A DNA stretch of 64,000 nt from Spirochaetia bacterium (GCA_034120015.1 JAXEIF010000011.1:5766-69765), one strand, 5' to 3'. Counted from the stretch's first letter, positions 20,467 through 30,608 are shown. The notes: a model not told the origin generated them from the sequence alone. Numbers and translations are program-made.

Positions 20467-21489
20467 ATGAGTCAGGGACGTTTTTATACCTTAAAAAACA
20501 AAAACGGGATGCAGATTAAACTTTTTGATTACGGTGCGACGTTGGCCGGCATCACCGTTCCCGACCGAAACGGACATTTTGATGATGTGGCTTTCGGATT
20601 CGACGATCTGGAAGGTTACAAAAATTTCAACGACTATTTCGGTGCAACGGTCGGTCGGCACGCCGGACGCATCGGCGGCGGACAGTTCGAAATCGACGGT
20701 ACGGTTCACCAGCTGGCGGTGAACAACGGCCCGAACCACCTGCACGGCGGCATTAAAGGCTTTGATAAAGTTTTTTGGAATGCGCAGGAAATCACCAAAA
20801 AGAACGGAAAAGCCGTCAGTTTTTCCTATATGAGTCCCGACGGCGAAGAGCATTTCCCGGGAAATCTCACTGTTTCGGCTGTTTACACACTGACCGATAA
20901 CGATGAAATCATTATCGACCTGTACGCCGTTACCGACAAAGCGACTCCCGTCAATCTGACGAACCACGCCTACTTCAATCTGTCGGGAGCCGGCAATCCG
21001 TCGATCCTGGATCATCGGATGAAGCTGGACTGCGATTTTTTTCTGCCGGGCGACGAAGGCCTCATCCCGACGGGAGAAGTGGCTCCTGTCGACGGAACTC
21101 CGCTCGATTTTCGCGAATTCAAAATGATCGGGAAAGAAATCGATGCCGACCATCCTTCGACGAAATTCGGCTCCGGATATGATCTCGCATTTGTTGTCAA
21201 CGGAAAAGGCAACAGTACGGTTCATGTCGCAACCGTCATCGATGACAAAAGCGGACGAAGACTGGATGTTTTCACCAACCAGAAAGCGGTTATCTTTTAC
21301 ACGGGGAACTTTTTAAAAGGGACATTCAAAGCGAAAGACGGCAAAACCTACCCGCGCCGATCCGGATTCTGCCTCGAACCGGGCGCCTTCCCCGATTCTC
21401 CGAACAAATCGTGGTTCCCGAATATCATTCTCAAACCGGGAGAACTGTACCACAATCAGATTATTTACAAATTCGGTGTCGAAAAATAA
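20467..21489 (+). CDS. galM: Aldose 1-epimerase (galactose mutarotase). The start is moved to the Met preceded by an RBS; the ORF-track start at 20314 looks like a spurious extension.
   Basis: MSQGRFYTLKNKNGMQIKLFDYGATL... NHLHGG, NHAYFNL, FCLEP mutarotase motifs. Confidence 0.85.
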   Translation: MSQGRFYTLKNKNGMQIKLFDYGATLAGITVPDRNGHFDDVAFGFDDLEGYKNFNDYFGATVGRHAGRIGGGQFEIDGTVHQLAVNNGPNHLHGGIKGFDKVFWNAQEITKKNGKAVSFSYMSPDGEEHFPGNLTVSAVYTLTDNDEIIIDLYAVTDKATPVNLTNHAYFNLSGAGNPSILDHRMKLDCDFFLPGDEGLIPTGEVAPVDGTPLDFREFKMIGKEIDADHPSTKFGSGYDLAFVVNGKGNSTVHVATVIDDKSGRRLDVFTNQKAVIFYTGNFLKGTFKAKDGKTYPRRSGFCLEPGAFPDSPNKSWFPNIILKPGELYHNQIIYKFGVEK

Positions 21490-21493
21490 GACA

Positions 21494-23257
21494 TCAGAAA
21501 GATTCCGACAACGGCCCGACGGTTCCGCAACTGTCGAGCCATTTTTTTTCTTCTTCCGTCAGCCGCGAACCGTCAATCAGCTCTTTTTCAAACGGGAAAT
21601 CTGTAATTTTCTCGAAACAAAGCATTCCCGAAGCCCGGTCGGATACAATCGCATACAGATTTTCCAAACGGATTCCGTAAGATCCTTTACGGTAACAACC
21701 GGGTTCCACGGAAACAACCATTCCGGGCTGCGCCCCGACCCGGCACGAAGGCGAAATCGAAAAAGGCGGTTCATGAACACAGTTAATCCAACCGACCCCG
21801 TGACCGGTTCCGTGTCCGTACTTCACACCGCCCCGTTCGGCCTCGCTGCGGGCTATCGCATCAAGCTCCGCACCCGGTGTTCCCGGCGGAAAAACAGCCC
21901 GCGCCAACGCGATATGCGCTTTCAGCACCGTTGTATAATCGCGCACCGCTTCCGCCGGCGGCCGCCCGCCCCCCGTCCAAAAAACGCGGGTCATATCGGT
22001 GGTTCCGTCTGTCGTGTGAATACCGCAATCGAGCAGCAGCAGACCGCCGCCTGTCACCGGTGCCGCCGTTGCCGCCTCCGGTTTATAATGCACAACCGCC
22101 CCGTTTTCGCCGAACGCCGCAATCGTTTCAAACGACGCACCGCGATAGGAGGCTTCTTCACAGCGCAGCTCCTCAAGCCATTGCGCAACATCGGCTTCCG
22201 TAAAACAAACTCCGTCCGCGGCCGCCCGCAACAGCCGGCCGCGCAGACGGGCCACCGCACGCTTTTCCACCGTCGCCGCCCGTTTGATACCCGCAATTTG
22301 AAAACGGGTTTTAACAGTCTGAAGCAGCCGGATTCGGAGACCTCCGTCCGACAGCACATTGCGGTGAGAGACCAGCAGCTCGCGCAATTTTTCATTCAGA
22401 TCCGAAAATGAACATTCGATTTTCATTCCGGAAACAGTATCGATTCGGGGCAGAAACTCGCGGTAAGGCAAAACCGACACTCCCGGCAAAGGCCTCGGCA
22501 GAGAATGATCGGTAAATAAAAGACACTCATCGGATGTAATCAGACACCACGCATAAAAAAAGACATCTTCCCTCACCTCCCGAAACAGGCGCAATCCGCT
22601 CAGCCAGGCGATTGTATCGGGCGCCGTCAGCAAAACGGCATCGCACTCCGTTCCCCGACGCACCATGTCCAGTTTTTTTTGAAATGTGACGGAAAAATTT
22701 TTTTCGACAACTGTCAGCGGATCGGCCCCGGGTGAAAAATGCCGGCCGGGTTCGGGATCAAAATCAGTCAGAACCGCTCCTTTTTGCCGGCACACCGTTT
22801 CCAGGCAGGTGTAAAGCGGATGGGCAATACCGCTTTTATTAACAGCAACCGTATATCCTTTCTGCGCTTCGTCAAGCAGCCACTCCTCCAAAGAAGGCAC
22901 ACCGGGCGCACCGTCACGAATCAGAACAGTATCACTGTTTTCGAAAAGACGCTCGCACTCGAGATAATAGCGGCTGTCTGTCCGAAAAAAGACACGGTTT
23001 CTTGTCAGGATAACAATACCGGCTGATCCCCGAAATCCGAGCAGACGCTTTCTTTCATTAAAAAAATCGGGAACATTTTCGCATAAGTGAGGATCGGCTG
23101 AGAAGAGAATCAGCAGGTCAATTTCTTCCGCTTCCATCCGTTTCCGGATTTCTTCCGTTGCTGTCATACCGTCAGTATAACCTCCGAAACCGATTTCGGC
23201 AAGTGTTCTTCCGTGTTTTATCCGTTTCGAATCTAGGGGTAAAAAAAAGATTGTCAC
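21494..23257 (-). CDS. pepP: Xaa-Pro aminopeptidase (M24B, aminopeptidase P-like) with duplicated N-terminal creatinase-like domains
   Basis: 587 aa. HGTGHGVG, VEPGCY metal-ligand motifs. Confidence 0.8.
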   Translation of the reverse strand: MTIFFLPLDSKRIKHGRTLAEIGFGGYTDGMTATEEIRKRMEAEEIDLLILFSADPHLCENVPDFFNERKRLLGFRGSAGIVILTRNRVFFRTDSRYYLECERLFENSDTVLIRDGAPGVPSLEEWLLDEAQKGYTVAVNKSGIAHPLYTCLETVCRQKGAVLTDFDPEPGRHFSPGADPLTVVEKNFSVTFQKKLDMVRRGTECDAVLLTAPDTIAWLSGLRLFREVREDVFFYAWCLITSDECLLFTDHSLPRPLPGVSVLPYREFLPRIDTVSGMKIECSFSDLNEKLRELLVSHRNVLSDGGLRIRLLQTVKTRFQIAGIKRAATVEKRAVARLRGRLLRAAADGVCFTEADVAQWLEELRCEEASYRGASFETIAAFGENGAVVHYKPEAATAAPVTGGGLLLLDCGIHTTDGTTDMTRVFWTGGGRPPAEAVRDYTTVLKAHIALARAVFPPGTPGAELDAIARSEAERGGVKYGHGTGHGVGWINCVHEPPFSISPSCRVGAQPGMVVSVEPGCYRKGSYGIRLENLYAIVSDRASGMLCFEKITDFPFEKELIDGSRLTEEEKKWLDSCGTVGPLSESF

Positions 23258-23284
23258 TTTTGATTTTTCGTGTTATACTGAAAT

Positions 23285-23719
23285 GTGTTACAGGAATTAT
23301 CCGAAAGTCTGGAAGATTATCTGGAAGCGATTTTTCATCTGCAGGAAGAATTTAAAGTGGCCCGGGTGAAAGACATCGCTGCCCGTCTCAATGTCAAAAT
23401 GCCGTCCGTGACCAATGCTCTCAAAGTGCTTAAAGCAAGGGATTTAATAGAATACGAAAAAAATTCATTTATCACCCTTACCGAAGCCGGAGAAAAACTG
23501 GCAAAAAAAATCACACACAAACACGAAGTGTGTGAGGATTTTTTCTCGGGAATACTGAATGCCGGAGAGGAAGAATCAAGAGTTCTGGCCTGCGCCGTCG
23601 AGCATTATATTGCCGGAAAAACCGCCTCGAAAATCGAAAACTTATCCGGGTTAATCCGTGATTACTGCGAAAAAGATTCCGCATTTTCGGATCGGATAAC
23701 CGCCATCAGGAACAGCTGA
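23285..23719 (+). CDS. DtxR/TroR-family metal-dependent transcriptional regulator (short form, no SH3-like domain). GTG start.
   Basis: LEDYLEAIFHLQEE...VKDIAARLNVKMPSVTNALKVLKARDLIE...HKHEVCEDFF...CAVEHY: winged-helix plus metal-site residues typical of DtxR. Confidence 0.8.
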   Translation: MLQELSESLEDYLEAIFHLQEEFKVARVKDIAARLNVKMPSVTNALKVLKARDLIEYEKNSFITLTEAGEKLAKKITHKHEVCEDFFSGILNAGEEESRVLACAVEHYIAGKTASKIENLSGLIRDYCEKDSAFSDRITAIRNS

Positions 23720-23721
23720 AC

Positions 23722-24483
23722 ATGACCGATTTTTTATCCGAAATTCTCCTTAACGAACAGATTACCCGGGATTTTTACCGGATGCGCTTTACAATATCCG
23801 AAAACACCGTGCCTCAACCGGGACAGTTTCTTTCTCTGAAAGACGAAAAACCGACCGGCACGCTTTTAAGACGACCGTTTGCGTTCTCCGATGCCGGCAA
23901 CGGATTCGGAGAAATGATTTATCAGACACGGGGGCAAACCACTCATACTCTGAGCCGGCGGCAGCCGGGCGACCGGGTTTCGGTACTGCTGCCGTGCGGC
24001 AACGGCTTTCCGACGGCGGTTATCGGCGATCGTGTACCGGTTTTGATTGCCGGCGGTGTCGGACTCGGTCCGGTTCTGTTTCTTTACCGCACACTGAAAG
24101 CGGCCGGTAAAAATCCTCTGCTGATTACCGGCTTTCGAACGGCAGATCTGATTCCGCATTCGGTTTTGCCTGCCGAAGCGGTCATCTGCACCGATGACGG
24201 ATCGTTCGGATTTCACGGAAATACGGCGGAAGCTTTACGAAAACAAACCGTAAACAGCAAAGCGGTTCTTTTCAGCTGCGGACCGACACCGATGATGAAA
24301 GCTGTATCCGCATTTGCCGAAGAATCTTCTTTCGATTCTTTTGTTTCGCTTGAAGCCATGATGGGATGCTCACTGGGCGCCTGCATGGGATGCGTTGTCC
24401 CCGTTAAATCGGGAGGCTACAGACGGGTTTGCAAAGAAGGGCCTGTTTTTGACGCCGGGGAGATTTTATGGACATCGATTTAA
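23722..24483 (+). CDS. pyrK: Dihydroorotate dehydrogenase electron-transfer subunit (PyrK; FAD/NAD-binding plus 2Fe-2S)
   Basis: C-terminal CSLGACMGCVVPV...VCKEGPVF cluster motif. Starts 2 nt after the DtxR stop. Confidence 0.85.
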   Translation: MTDFLSEILLNEQITRDFYRMRFTISENTVPQPGQFLSLKDEKPTGTLLRRPFAFSDAGNGFGEMIYQTRGQTTHTLSRRQPGDRVSVLLPCGNGFPTAVIGDRVPVLIAGGVGLGPVLFLYRTLKAAGKNPLLITGFRTADLIPHSVLPAEAVICTDDGSFGFHGNTAEALRKQTVNSKAVLFSCGPTPMMKAVSAFAEESSFDSFVSLEAMMGCSLGACMGCVVPVKSGGYRRVCKEGPVFDAGEILWTSI

Positions 24484-25391
24484 AAGTCAGGATCGGCAGC
24501 CGTTGTTTACCGAATCCTGTCGGAACGGCCTCGGGAACTTTCGGCTACGGAGAAGAATACGCCGGGCTTTATACCCCCGAAAAACTGGGGGCCGTTTACA
24601 CAAAAGCGGTTTCGCTTTTACCGCGTGAAGGCAATCCGCCGCCGAGACTTGTCGAAACAGCGTCCGGAATTTTAAACGCCATCGGTTTGGCAAATGTCGG
24701 AGTCGAGGCGTTTATTGCGAAAAAACTCGATTTTCTGCTCAGCCAGCCGGCTGCCGCCGTTGTCAACGTGGCCGGATCCTCTCCCGATGAATACATTCGG
24801 GTTGTCCGTCGCCTGAACGAAACCGGTATCTGGGGATTCGAAATCAACCTCTCCTGTCCCAATGTCAGGCAGGGATGTCTGGCATTCGGCACCGATCCGC
24901 GAAACGTGAAGGATCTGACTGCTCTCTTAAGAAAGGAAACCGATAAACCTTTGATTATCAAACTGACTCCCAATGTAACCGATATCGGAGCAATTGCCGA
25001 AGCGGCGGAAGACGGCGGTGCGGATGCCGTCAGTCTGATCAACACTCTGCTCGGAATGGCCATCGACGTCAAAACCGCCCGGTTTAAGTTAACCAACCGC
25101 ACCGGCGGGCTGTCGGGACCGGCCGTCAAACCGGTCGGAGTGGCGGCCGTTTACAACGTCTCGCGCCGCGTTTCGATTCCCGTTATCGGGATGGGCGGTA
25201 TCATGAGTGCCGACGATGCCGTCGAATATCTTCTTGCCGGAGCCAAAGCCGTCCAAATCGGAACCGGGAATTTCATCAGACCGGGACTGTGCGATACCGT
25301 TTACGACGGCATTGTCGCTTACATGAAGGAAAAACAGCTGCACTCGGTCGATGACTTTGCTGGGCTGCTGAAGGATACGGCAACGGAATAA
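24468..25391 (+). CDS. pyrD: Dihydroorotate dehydrogenase catalytic subunit (class 1B)
   Basis: LPNPVGTASGTFGYGEEY, NLSCPN, GGIMSADDAVEYLLAGA motifs. Confidence 0.9.
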   Translation: MDIDLKVRIGSRCLPNPVGTASGTFGYGEEYAGLYTPEKLGAVYTKAVSLLPREGNPPPRLVETASGILNAIGLANVGVEAFIAKKLDFLLSQPAAAVVNVAGSSPDEYIRVVRRLNETGIWGFEINLSCPNVRQGCLAFGTDPRNVKDLTALLRKETDKPLIIKLTPNVTDIGAIAEAAEDGGADAVSLINTLLGMAIDVKTARFKLTNRTGGLSGPAVKPVGVAAVYNVSRRVSIPVIGMGGIMSADDAVEYLLAGAKAVQIGTGNFIRPGLCDTVYDGIVAYMKEKQLHSVDDFAGLLKDTATE

Positions 25392-25414
25392 TCCGAATCT
25401 GCCCGTCAAATATC

Positions 25415-25446
25415 AAAAAAGACAGAGCGCAGGCTCTGTCTTTTTT
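25415..25446. terminator. Bidirectional rho-independent terminator between pyrD (+) and purE (-)
   Basis: AAAAAA-GACAGAGC-gcag-GCTCTGTC-TTTTTT. Confidence 0.75.
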
Positions 25447-25459
25447 GACCCTTTCCCGT

Positions 25460-25858
25460 TCAGCAGTTCAGCATCCGCTCCGCCAGATGAACGGCATTCA
25501 AAGCGCCCTGTTTGCCGATTCCCATCGTCGCACAGGGAATTCCTTTCGGCAGCTGCAAAATCGAGAGCAGAGCATCGATGCCCGACAAAGCTCCCGCAAC
25601 CAGCGGAATCCCAATCACCGGTTTTTTGACAAGCGCCGCCACAACGCCGGGCAGAGCTGCGGAAAGACCGGCAGCAGTGATAATAACCCGATAATCATTT
25701 TCGTGTTCCGCCAGAAAGTCTTTCAGCTCTTCCAGGTTGCGGTGAGCGGAATAAACTTTAAAATCATAGGTCAGTCCCTTTTCGTCGGCCAGCTGCAACG
25801 CGGGAGCAATCTGTTCGCGATCCGATTCGGATCCGACGATAAAAAGCAGTTGTTTCAT
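25460..25858 (-). CDS. purE: N5-carboxyaminoimidazole ribonucleotide mutase
   Basis: VYSAHRNLEEL...IITAAGLSAALPGVVAA...GIPLVAGALSGIDALLSILQLPKGIP. Confidence 0.85.
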   Translation of the reverse strand: MKQLLFIVGSESDREQIAPALQLADEKGLTYDFKVYSAHRNLEELKDFLAEHENDYRVIITAAGLSAALPGVVAALVKKPVIGIPLVAGALSGIDALLSILQLPKGIPCATMGIGKQGALNAVHLAERMLNC

Positions 25859-25897
25859 ATTTCTCTCCTTTCGGCGGTCTCCGGCAACCGCCCCGTT

Positions 25898-27157
25898 TTA
25901 TCCGAAAAATTTTTTTCCGATATCTTTCCGGCACCAGCAGCCCGGGAATTGCAGTTCCCGTACGGCAGCGTAAGCCTTATCCGCTGCTTCCTGCAACGTT
26001 TCACCGAGTCCTGTCACCGTAAAGCAGCGACCGCCGGTTGTTCGCAGAATACCGTTTTCATCACGAACGGTACCCGCATGAAAAACCATCAGATCGGAAC
26101 GGTTTTCGGGCAACGATACCACTTCGCAATTCTTTTGATACGCTCCGGGATAGCCTTCGGACGCCACCACGACGCCGACGGCCGCACGACCGGTAAAATC
26201 AAAAGCGCCCTCGGTCTCCAGCTCGTCCAGTTTCTGATCTTTGAGAGCATTCGCCAAAAATTCGAAATGACACGGCATCCCCATCAGAAGCGGCTGCGTT
26301 TCGGGATCGCCGAAACGGACATTAAATTCGAGCACTTTCGGACCCGAGGCAGTCATCATCAGACCGATGTAAATCAGACCTTTATACGAAAGCCCGTCTG
26401 CCTTCAATCCGGCCATCACCGGTTTGACAATCGTCAAATCGATTTCGCTTTTCAGTTCCGGCGTAACGCACGGAACGGGACATACAGCTCCCATACCGCC
26501 CGTATTCAATCCCGTATCGCCTTCGCCCGCCTTTTTGAAGTCGGCACACGGCGGCAGCATCACATAGTGTTTGCCGTCCATCAGCACAAAAACCGACACT
26601 TCGTACCCGGTTAAAAACTCCTCAACGAGGAGTTTATCGGTTTTCAGGATTTCCGTTCCGAAATCAAGCAGCGCACCGCGGTCGTCCGACTCGAAAACGC
26701 CTTTGCCGGCAGCCAGACCGCTTTTCTTGACAACGACTTTTCCGGTAACGGTTTCAATATAAGCCCTGTAGTCCGCTTCGTTATCGAACTCCCGCGCTTC
26801 GGCGGTCGGAATCCGATGGCGGTTCATAAAGTTTTTCGAAAAGACTTTACTCGATTCCAGCTGAGCCGCTTCGCGATGCGGTCCGAAAGCGGCGATACCG
26901 GCTTCGGAAAGGGCATCGACCACGCCGTTGGCTAGAGGAATTTCGGGACCGACAAAAACGAAGTCGATACCGTTTTGCCGGCATGCCCCGACAACGGCAT
27001 CGTTATCTTTATCGGGATTGATATCGATCGAAGTGGCCAAATCGGTCATCCCGGCATTTCCCGGAGCCGCAAAAAGCGAATCCTTTCCCAACGTCTGGGA
27101 AAATTTCCATACAATCGCATGCTCGCGGGCACCCGATCCCAAAACCAATACCTTCAT
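25898..27157 (-). CDS. purD: Phosphoribosylamine--glycine ligase
   Basis: MKVLVLGSGAREHAIV, ATP-grasp motifs. Confidence 0.9.
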   Translation of the reverse strand: MKVLVLGSGAREHAIVWKFSQTLGKDSLFAAPGNAGMTDLATSIDINPDKDNDAVVGACRQNGIDFVFVGPEIPLANGVVDALSEAGIAAFGPHREAAQLESSKVFSKNFMNRHRIPTAEAREFDNEADYRAYIETVTGKVVVKKSGLAAGKGVFESDDRGALLDFGTEILKTDKLLVEEFLTGYEVSVFVLMDGKHYVMLPPCADFKKAGEGDTGLNTGGMGAVCPVPCVTPELKSEIDLTIVKPVMAGLKADGLSYKGLIYIGLMMTASGPKVLEFNVRFGDPETQPLLMGMPCHFEFLANALKDQKLDELETEGAFDFTGRAAVGVVVASEGYPGAYQKNCEVVSLPENRSDLMVFHAGTVRDENGILRTTGGRCFTVTGLGETLQEAADKAYAAVRELQFPGCWCRKDIGKKFFG

Positions 27158-27726
27158 TTCCCCTCCTCTGCACGATCAAGCAGCTCAATAACCACCTGCG
27201 GATAAATTTCATGCTCGCAGTCGTGAATCCGTGTTTCGATTTCTTCCAACGATTCGGAACCGCTTCGGACGAACGATTTTTGCCGAATCACTTTTCCGGT
27301 ATCCATTCCGGAATCGACATAATGCACCGTTACCCCCAACTCGGTATCGGAAGAGGCAAAACTTTCTTCGATTCCGTGTGTGCCGGGATATTTCGGCAAC
27401 AGTGCGGGATGAATATTGATAATTTTCCCGTCGTATTTTTTCGTCATTTCCGGCGAGAGCAGCTTCATAAAACCGGCCAAAACAATCAAATCGGGATGAA
27501 GCCTTGTCAGTAATTCGTCGATTTCCTTTTCGGCTTCTTTCCGATCCCGTCCGAGATAAGAGACATGGTAAGCCGGAATCCCCAATTTTTCGGCGCGCAC
27601 GAACGAGTAGGCCTCTTTTTTATTGCAGATCATTGCGGCAATTTTATGATTTGTCGCGGCAACCGCTTCGCAGATGGCCTGAAAATTACTTCCGTTTCCG
27701 GACGTCAGAATTACGGCATCAGCCAT
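27154..27726 (-). CDS. purN: Phosphoribosylglycinamide formyltransferase
   Basis: ILTSGNGSNFQAI, DLIVLAGFMKLL, HPALLP motifs. Confidence 0.9.
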   Translation of the reverse strand: MADAVILTSGNGSNFQAICEAVAATNHKIAAMICNKKEAYSFVRAEKLGIPAYHVSYLGRDRKEAEKEIDELLTRLHPDLIVLAGFMKLLSPEMTKKYDGKIINIHPALLPKYPGTHGIEESFASSDTELGVTVHYVDSGMDTGKVIRQKSFVRSGSESLEEIETRIHDCEHEIYPQVVIELLDRAEEGK

Positions 27727-28678
27727 CGACCAGTTCTCCGACTCTCAGCAGAGCGATACCGCTGTCGGCCGCTTTTTTTAACACAGCAGAGGCATCTTCC
27801 GCGGACACAACCAGAACAATCCCCAATCCCATGTTGAATACTTTTCGCATTTCGGCTGTTTCGATTCCGCCTTCTTTCTGAATCCGCCCGAAAATCTCGG
27901 GAACGGGCCAGTCCCATGTAAAACGGGGCTTCAAATCGGATGGAAGTGCTCTTACCGTATTTCCCTCCAATCCTCCGCCTGTAATGTGGGCCGCACCCAA
28001 AACAGAACCCGTCGACAGCAGTGTTTTCATTTCTTTGACATAGATTTTGGTCGGTGTCAGCAGTTTTTCCCAAACCGAATCATCACAGCCCGCCAATGCT
28101 TTACGGGCAAGAGACAGTCCGTTCGAATGAACTCCGGTCGAGGGCATTCCCAGCAAAATGTCACCGGCTTTCATTTTGTTTTTAAAGGGAAGAATTTTTT
28201 CTTCATCCCCGATTCCTACACAAAAACCGGCCAAATCGAAATCATCGGCTTTGTAAAGATCGGGCATCTCGGCAGTTTCTCCGCCGGTCAAAACACATTC
28301 CGCCTGCTCGCAACCGTCGACAATTCCCTTAATAACCTCTTTCAGTACGGTTTCGTTTAAATGCCCGCAGGCAATATAATCAAGAAAGGAAATCGGTTCG
28401 ATACCGCAGACAATCAAATCGTTGACGCTCATTGCCACGAGGTCGATACCGACGGTATCATGCTTTTTCAGTCTCATGGCCACCATCAGCTTGGTACCGA
28501 CACCGTCGGTACAGGAAAACAGAAGCGGTTTCTTATACCGGTTCAGATCGACAGGCAACCCGCCGGCGAATCCGCCGATTGATGACGAAACAGCCTTTGA
28601 TTTTATATTTCCGATAAATGAAGCGAAGCGATCGCCCTTCTCGATATCAACACCCGCATCCTTATAAGAAAATCCCAT
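27719..28678 (-). CDS. purM: Phosphoribosylformylglycinamidine cyclo-ligase (start at MGFSYKDAG with RBS GGAGAGGAG, not the longer track start)
   Basis: SYKDAGVDIEKGD, GIGDEE.. AIR synthase domains. Confidence 0.9.
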   Translation of the reverse strand: MGFSYKDAGVDIEKGDRFASFIGNIKSKAVSSSIGGFAGGLPVDLNRYKKPLLFSCTDGVGTKLMVAMRLKKHDTVGIDLVAMSVNDLIVCGIEPISFLDYIACGHLNETVLKEVIKGIVDGCEQAECVLTGGETAEMPDLYKADDFDLAGFCVGIGDEEKILPFKNKMKAGDILLGMPSTGVHSNGLSLARKALAGCDDSVWEKLLTPTKIYVKEMKTLLSTGSVLGAAHITGGGLEGNTVRALPSDLKPRFTWDWPVPEIFGRIQKEGGIETAEMRKVFNMGLGIVLVVSAEDASAVLKKAADSGIALLRVGELVDG

Positions 28679-28691
28679 ATTCACTCCTCTC

Positions 28692-29630
28692 CTATTCCAA
28701 ATCCGCCTTCCAGCGTTTTTTAAATTCATTGTACTTCAGTTTTTTCAGCGAAACCCACAACGTTTCGCCTCCTTCGCCGATCAGCTGGACCTGATGTTTC
28801 AGCAGACTGATTTCGCCGACCTTGTAAACAGAATCCCCCGCCCTCACCGGTGTATCTTTTTTGGGAAACAGTTTTTTTTCTGTCTTGTAGAAATCATTTT
28901 CGTAGGCCAGACAGCAAAGCAGACGTCCGCACGGTCCCGATATTTTCATCGCATTAAGCGACATATTCTGTTCTTTTGCCATTTTAATCGAAACCGCATT
29001 CGGCTTGTCACTGACCGAAGCACAGCAAAAAGGTCTGCCGCAAACCGCCAGACCGCCGATGATACGCGATTCGTCACGGACTCCGACCTGACGCAATTCA
29101 ATCCTCTCCCGAAAAGCGGAAACCAGTTCTTTCAGCAATCCCCGAAAATCGACGCGGTTTTCGGCCGAATAAAAAAACATCAGTTTCGACTCGTCTGTCA
29201 GATAATGCGCGGAAATCAGTTTCATATCCAGTTTTAAATCGGAAATCTTTTTTCGGCAAAAAGCGTAAGCTTCCTGCTCCGGCTGACGATTCTTTTCATA
29301 TTTCTCCAAATCTTTTTCCGTTGCAATACGGATCAGTTTGACCGTATTTTTCAGAGAAACTTCGCGCAGCCCCGTTTTCCCCAAAATCTGACATAAATCT
29401 TTTCCGTAACGGGCATCGGCAATGATATACTTGGCCTTAATCAGACGGTCTGCTTCCGTTTGGGACACCGTCAGATAATCGGTCTCGCACGAATGAACCA
29501 GCTTAACGGAGAGAAGCACTTCGCTGTCTTTCAAATGATAACGATTATGATGCTGCCGGTTTTCGGCTGTTTCCTCGAAATCATCTTCGATAATCAGACC
29601 GTCTTCTTCGGCGATAATTTCTTTTCCCAA
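28692..29630 (-). CDS. ricT: PSP1 C-terminal domain protein (YaaT/RicT family)
   Basis: GRPFCCASVSDKP...SGPCGRLLCCLAYEND conserved Cys signature. Confidence 0.8.
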   Translation of the reverse strand: MGKEIIAEEDGLIIEDDFEETAENRQHHNRYHLKDSEVLLSVKLVHSCETDYLTVSQTEADRLIKAKYIIADARYGKDLCQILGKTGLREVSLKNTVKLIRIATEKDLEKYEKNRQPEQEAYAFCRKKISDLKLDMKLISAHYLTDESKLMFFYSAENRVDFRGLLKELVSAFRERIELRQVGVRDESRIIGGLAVCGRPFCCASVSDKPNAVSIKMAKEQNMSLNAMKISGPCGRLLCCLAYENDFYKTEKKLFPKKDTPVRAGDSVYKVGEISLLKHQVQLIGEGGETLWVSLKKLKYNEFKKRWKADLE

Positions 29631-29644
29631 AACGTTTACACTCC

Positions 29645-30166
29645 TTAACTCAACAAATCCACAATCAGCCCTTCTATTTCATTAATCCGACCGAGGATAC
29701 GAATCGGACGGGACTGTTCATCCATTAAATCAACCGTTAACTGATTCAGTTTGGAATCAATCACTTCCACAAGTCTCAACACTTCCTGCCGGGGCATTGA
29801 GCCGCGAACCCGTCGGGTAAACCGGACTTCGCGTTCGTGAAGCGAAGCGGCAATCACCGCTTCCATCAGTTTCTTTATCTGACTTTTATACTCACGAATC
29901 ACTTCCGGACTGCGGGTATTGACCACCTCTTTTCCCAAAGCGGTGATTTTACCGCGCATCCGCTCCCATTCTTCGGGGCTTCCCGAAAAATTCCGATCCT
30001 GTCTGCTTCCGGTATCGGAAAATCCGTTTCTTTTAATGCGGGAAAAAAAACTTTCCCGGGATTCTTCTGCCGGCTCGCTTTTTTCCGTTTTTTCCGATCC
30101 GGCATAATTTTCGACTTGAGTCCCTCCTCCCATAAAAGAAGGAGCAAACGTATTGATTTTAGCCAT
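29645..30166 (-). CDS. DUF327 / YaaR family protein
   Basis: The C-terminus RPIRILGRINEIEGLIVDLLS matches the conserved YaaR family end (...RIGEIKGLIINL). Size about 170 aa. Confidence 0.65.
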   Translation of the reverse strand: MAKINTFAPSFMGGGTQVENYAGSEKTEKSEPAEESRESFFSRIKRNGFSDTGSRQDRNFSGSPEEWERMRGKITALGKEVVNTRSPEVIREYKSQIKKLMEAVIAASLHEREVRFTRRVRGSMPRQEVLRLVEVIDSKLNQLTVDLMDEQSRPIRILGRINEIEGLIVDLLS

Positions 30167-30608
30167 TTCCGGATTTTTTTCTCATCGGATTAAACCGCTC
30201 GTGATTATTCTCTTCGGTGAATTTTTTTTCAACGGTCTCCGCTTCATCTGTATTATCCAAACCGCCGCGGCTGACGGTACACCGGCCGCGAAACAGGACA
30301 TTTTCTTCTATAATCAGACGCGGAGCTTTGATATTGCCGATAACCACCCCGTTTGTCAAAATAACAATCCGTTCGGTCGCTTTAATATTGCCCTTGACAA
30401 TGCCGCCGACAACAACCGTTTCCGCCGAAATAAAACTCTCGACACGACCGTCTTTCCCGATAAGAACCTTTCCTGTCGACTCTATCGGACCGCGAAACGA
30501 ACCGTCGATACGCAGCAATTCGTTGGAAACAATGGTTCCCGTCACAAATGTTCCTTCGCCGACGATGGAATTAATATAATGACTTCCCGTAAAAAAATCG
30601 TTTTTCAT
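30159..30608 (-). CDS. Bactofilin (CcmA-like polymer-forming cytoskeletal protein). Start at MKNDFF with RBS AGGAG.
   Basis: Repetitive beta-helix signature GTIVSNELLRIDGSFRGPIESTGKVLIGKDGRVESFISAETVVVGGIVKGNIKATERIVI. Overlaps the yaaR start by 8 nt. Confidence 0.8.
   Translation of the reverse strand: MKNDFFTGSHYINSIVGEGTFVTGTIVSNELLRIDGSFRGPIESTGKVLIGKDGRVESFISAETVVVGGIVKGNIKATERIVILTNGVVIGNIKAPRLIIEENVLFRGRCTVSRGGLDNTDEAETVEKKFTEENNHERFNPMRKKSGNG

Noticed and set aside
21476-22411. 311-aa plus-strand ORF and several shorter ones inside pepP
   Set aside because: The pepP region is GC-rich so stop-free frames abound. The products are Arg/Pro-rich junk.
25445-26614. 389-aa plus-strand ORF spanning purE and purD on the opposite strand
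   Set aside because: Antisense to two well-supported pur genes. The product is low complexity (R/Q/S-rich).
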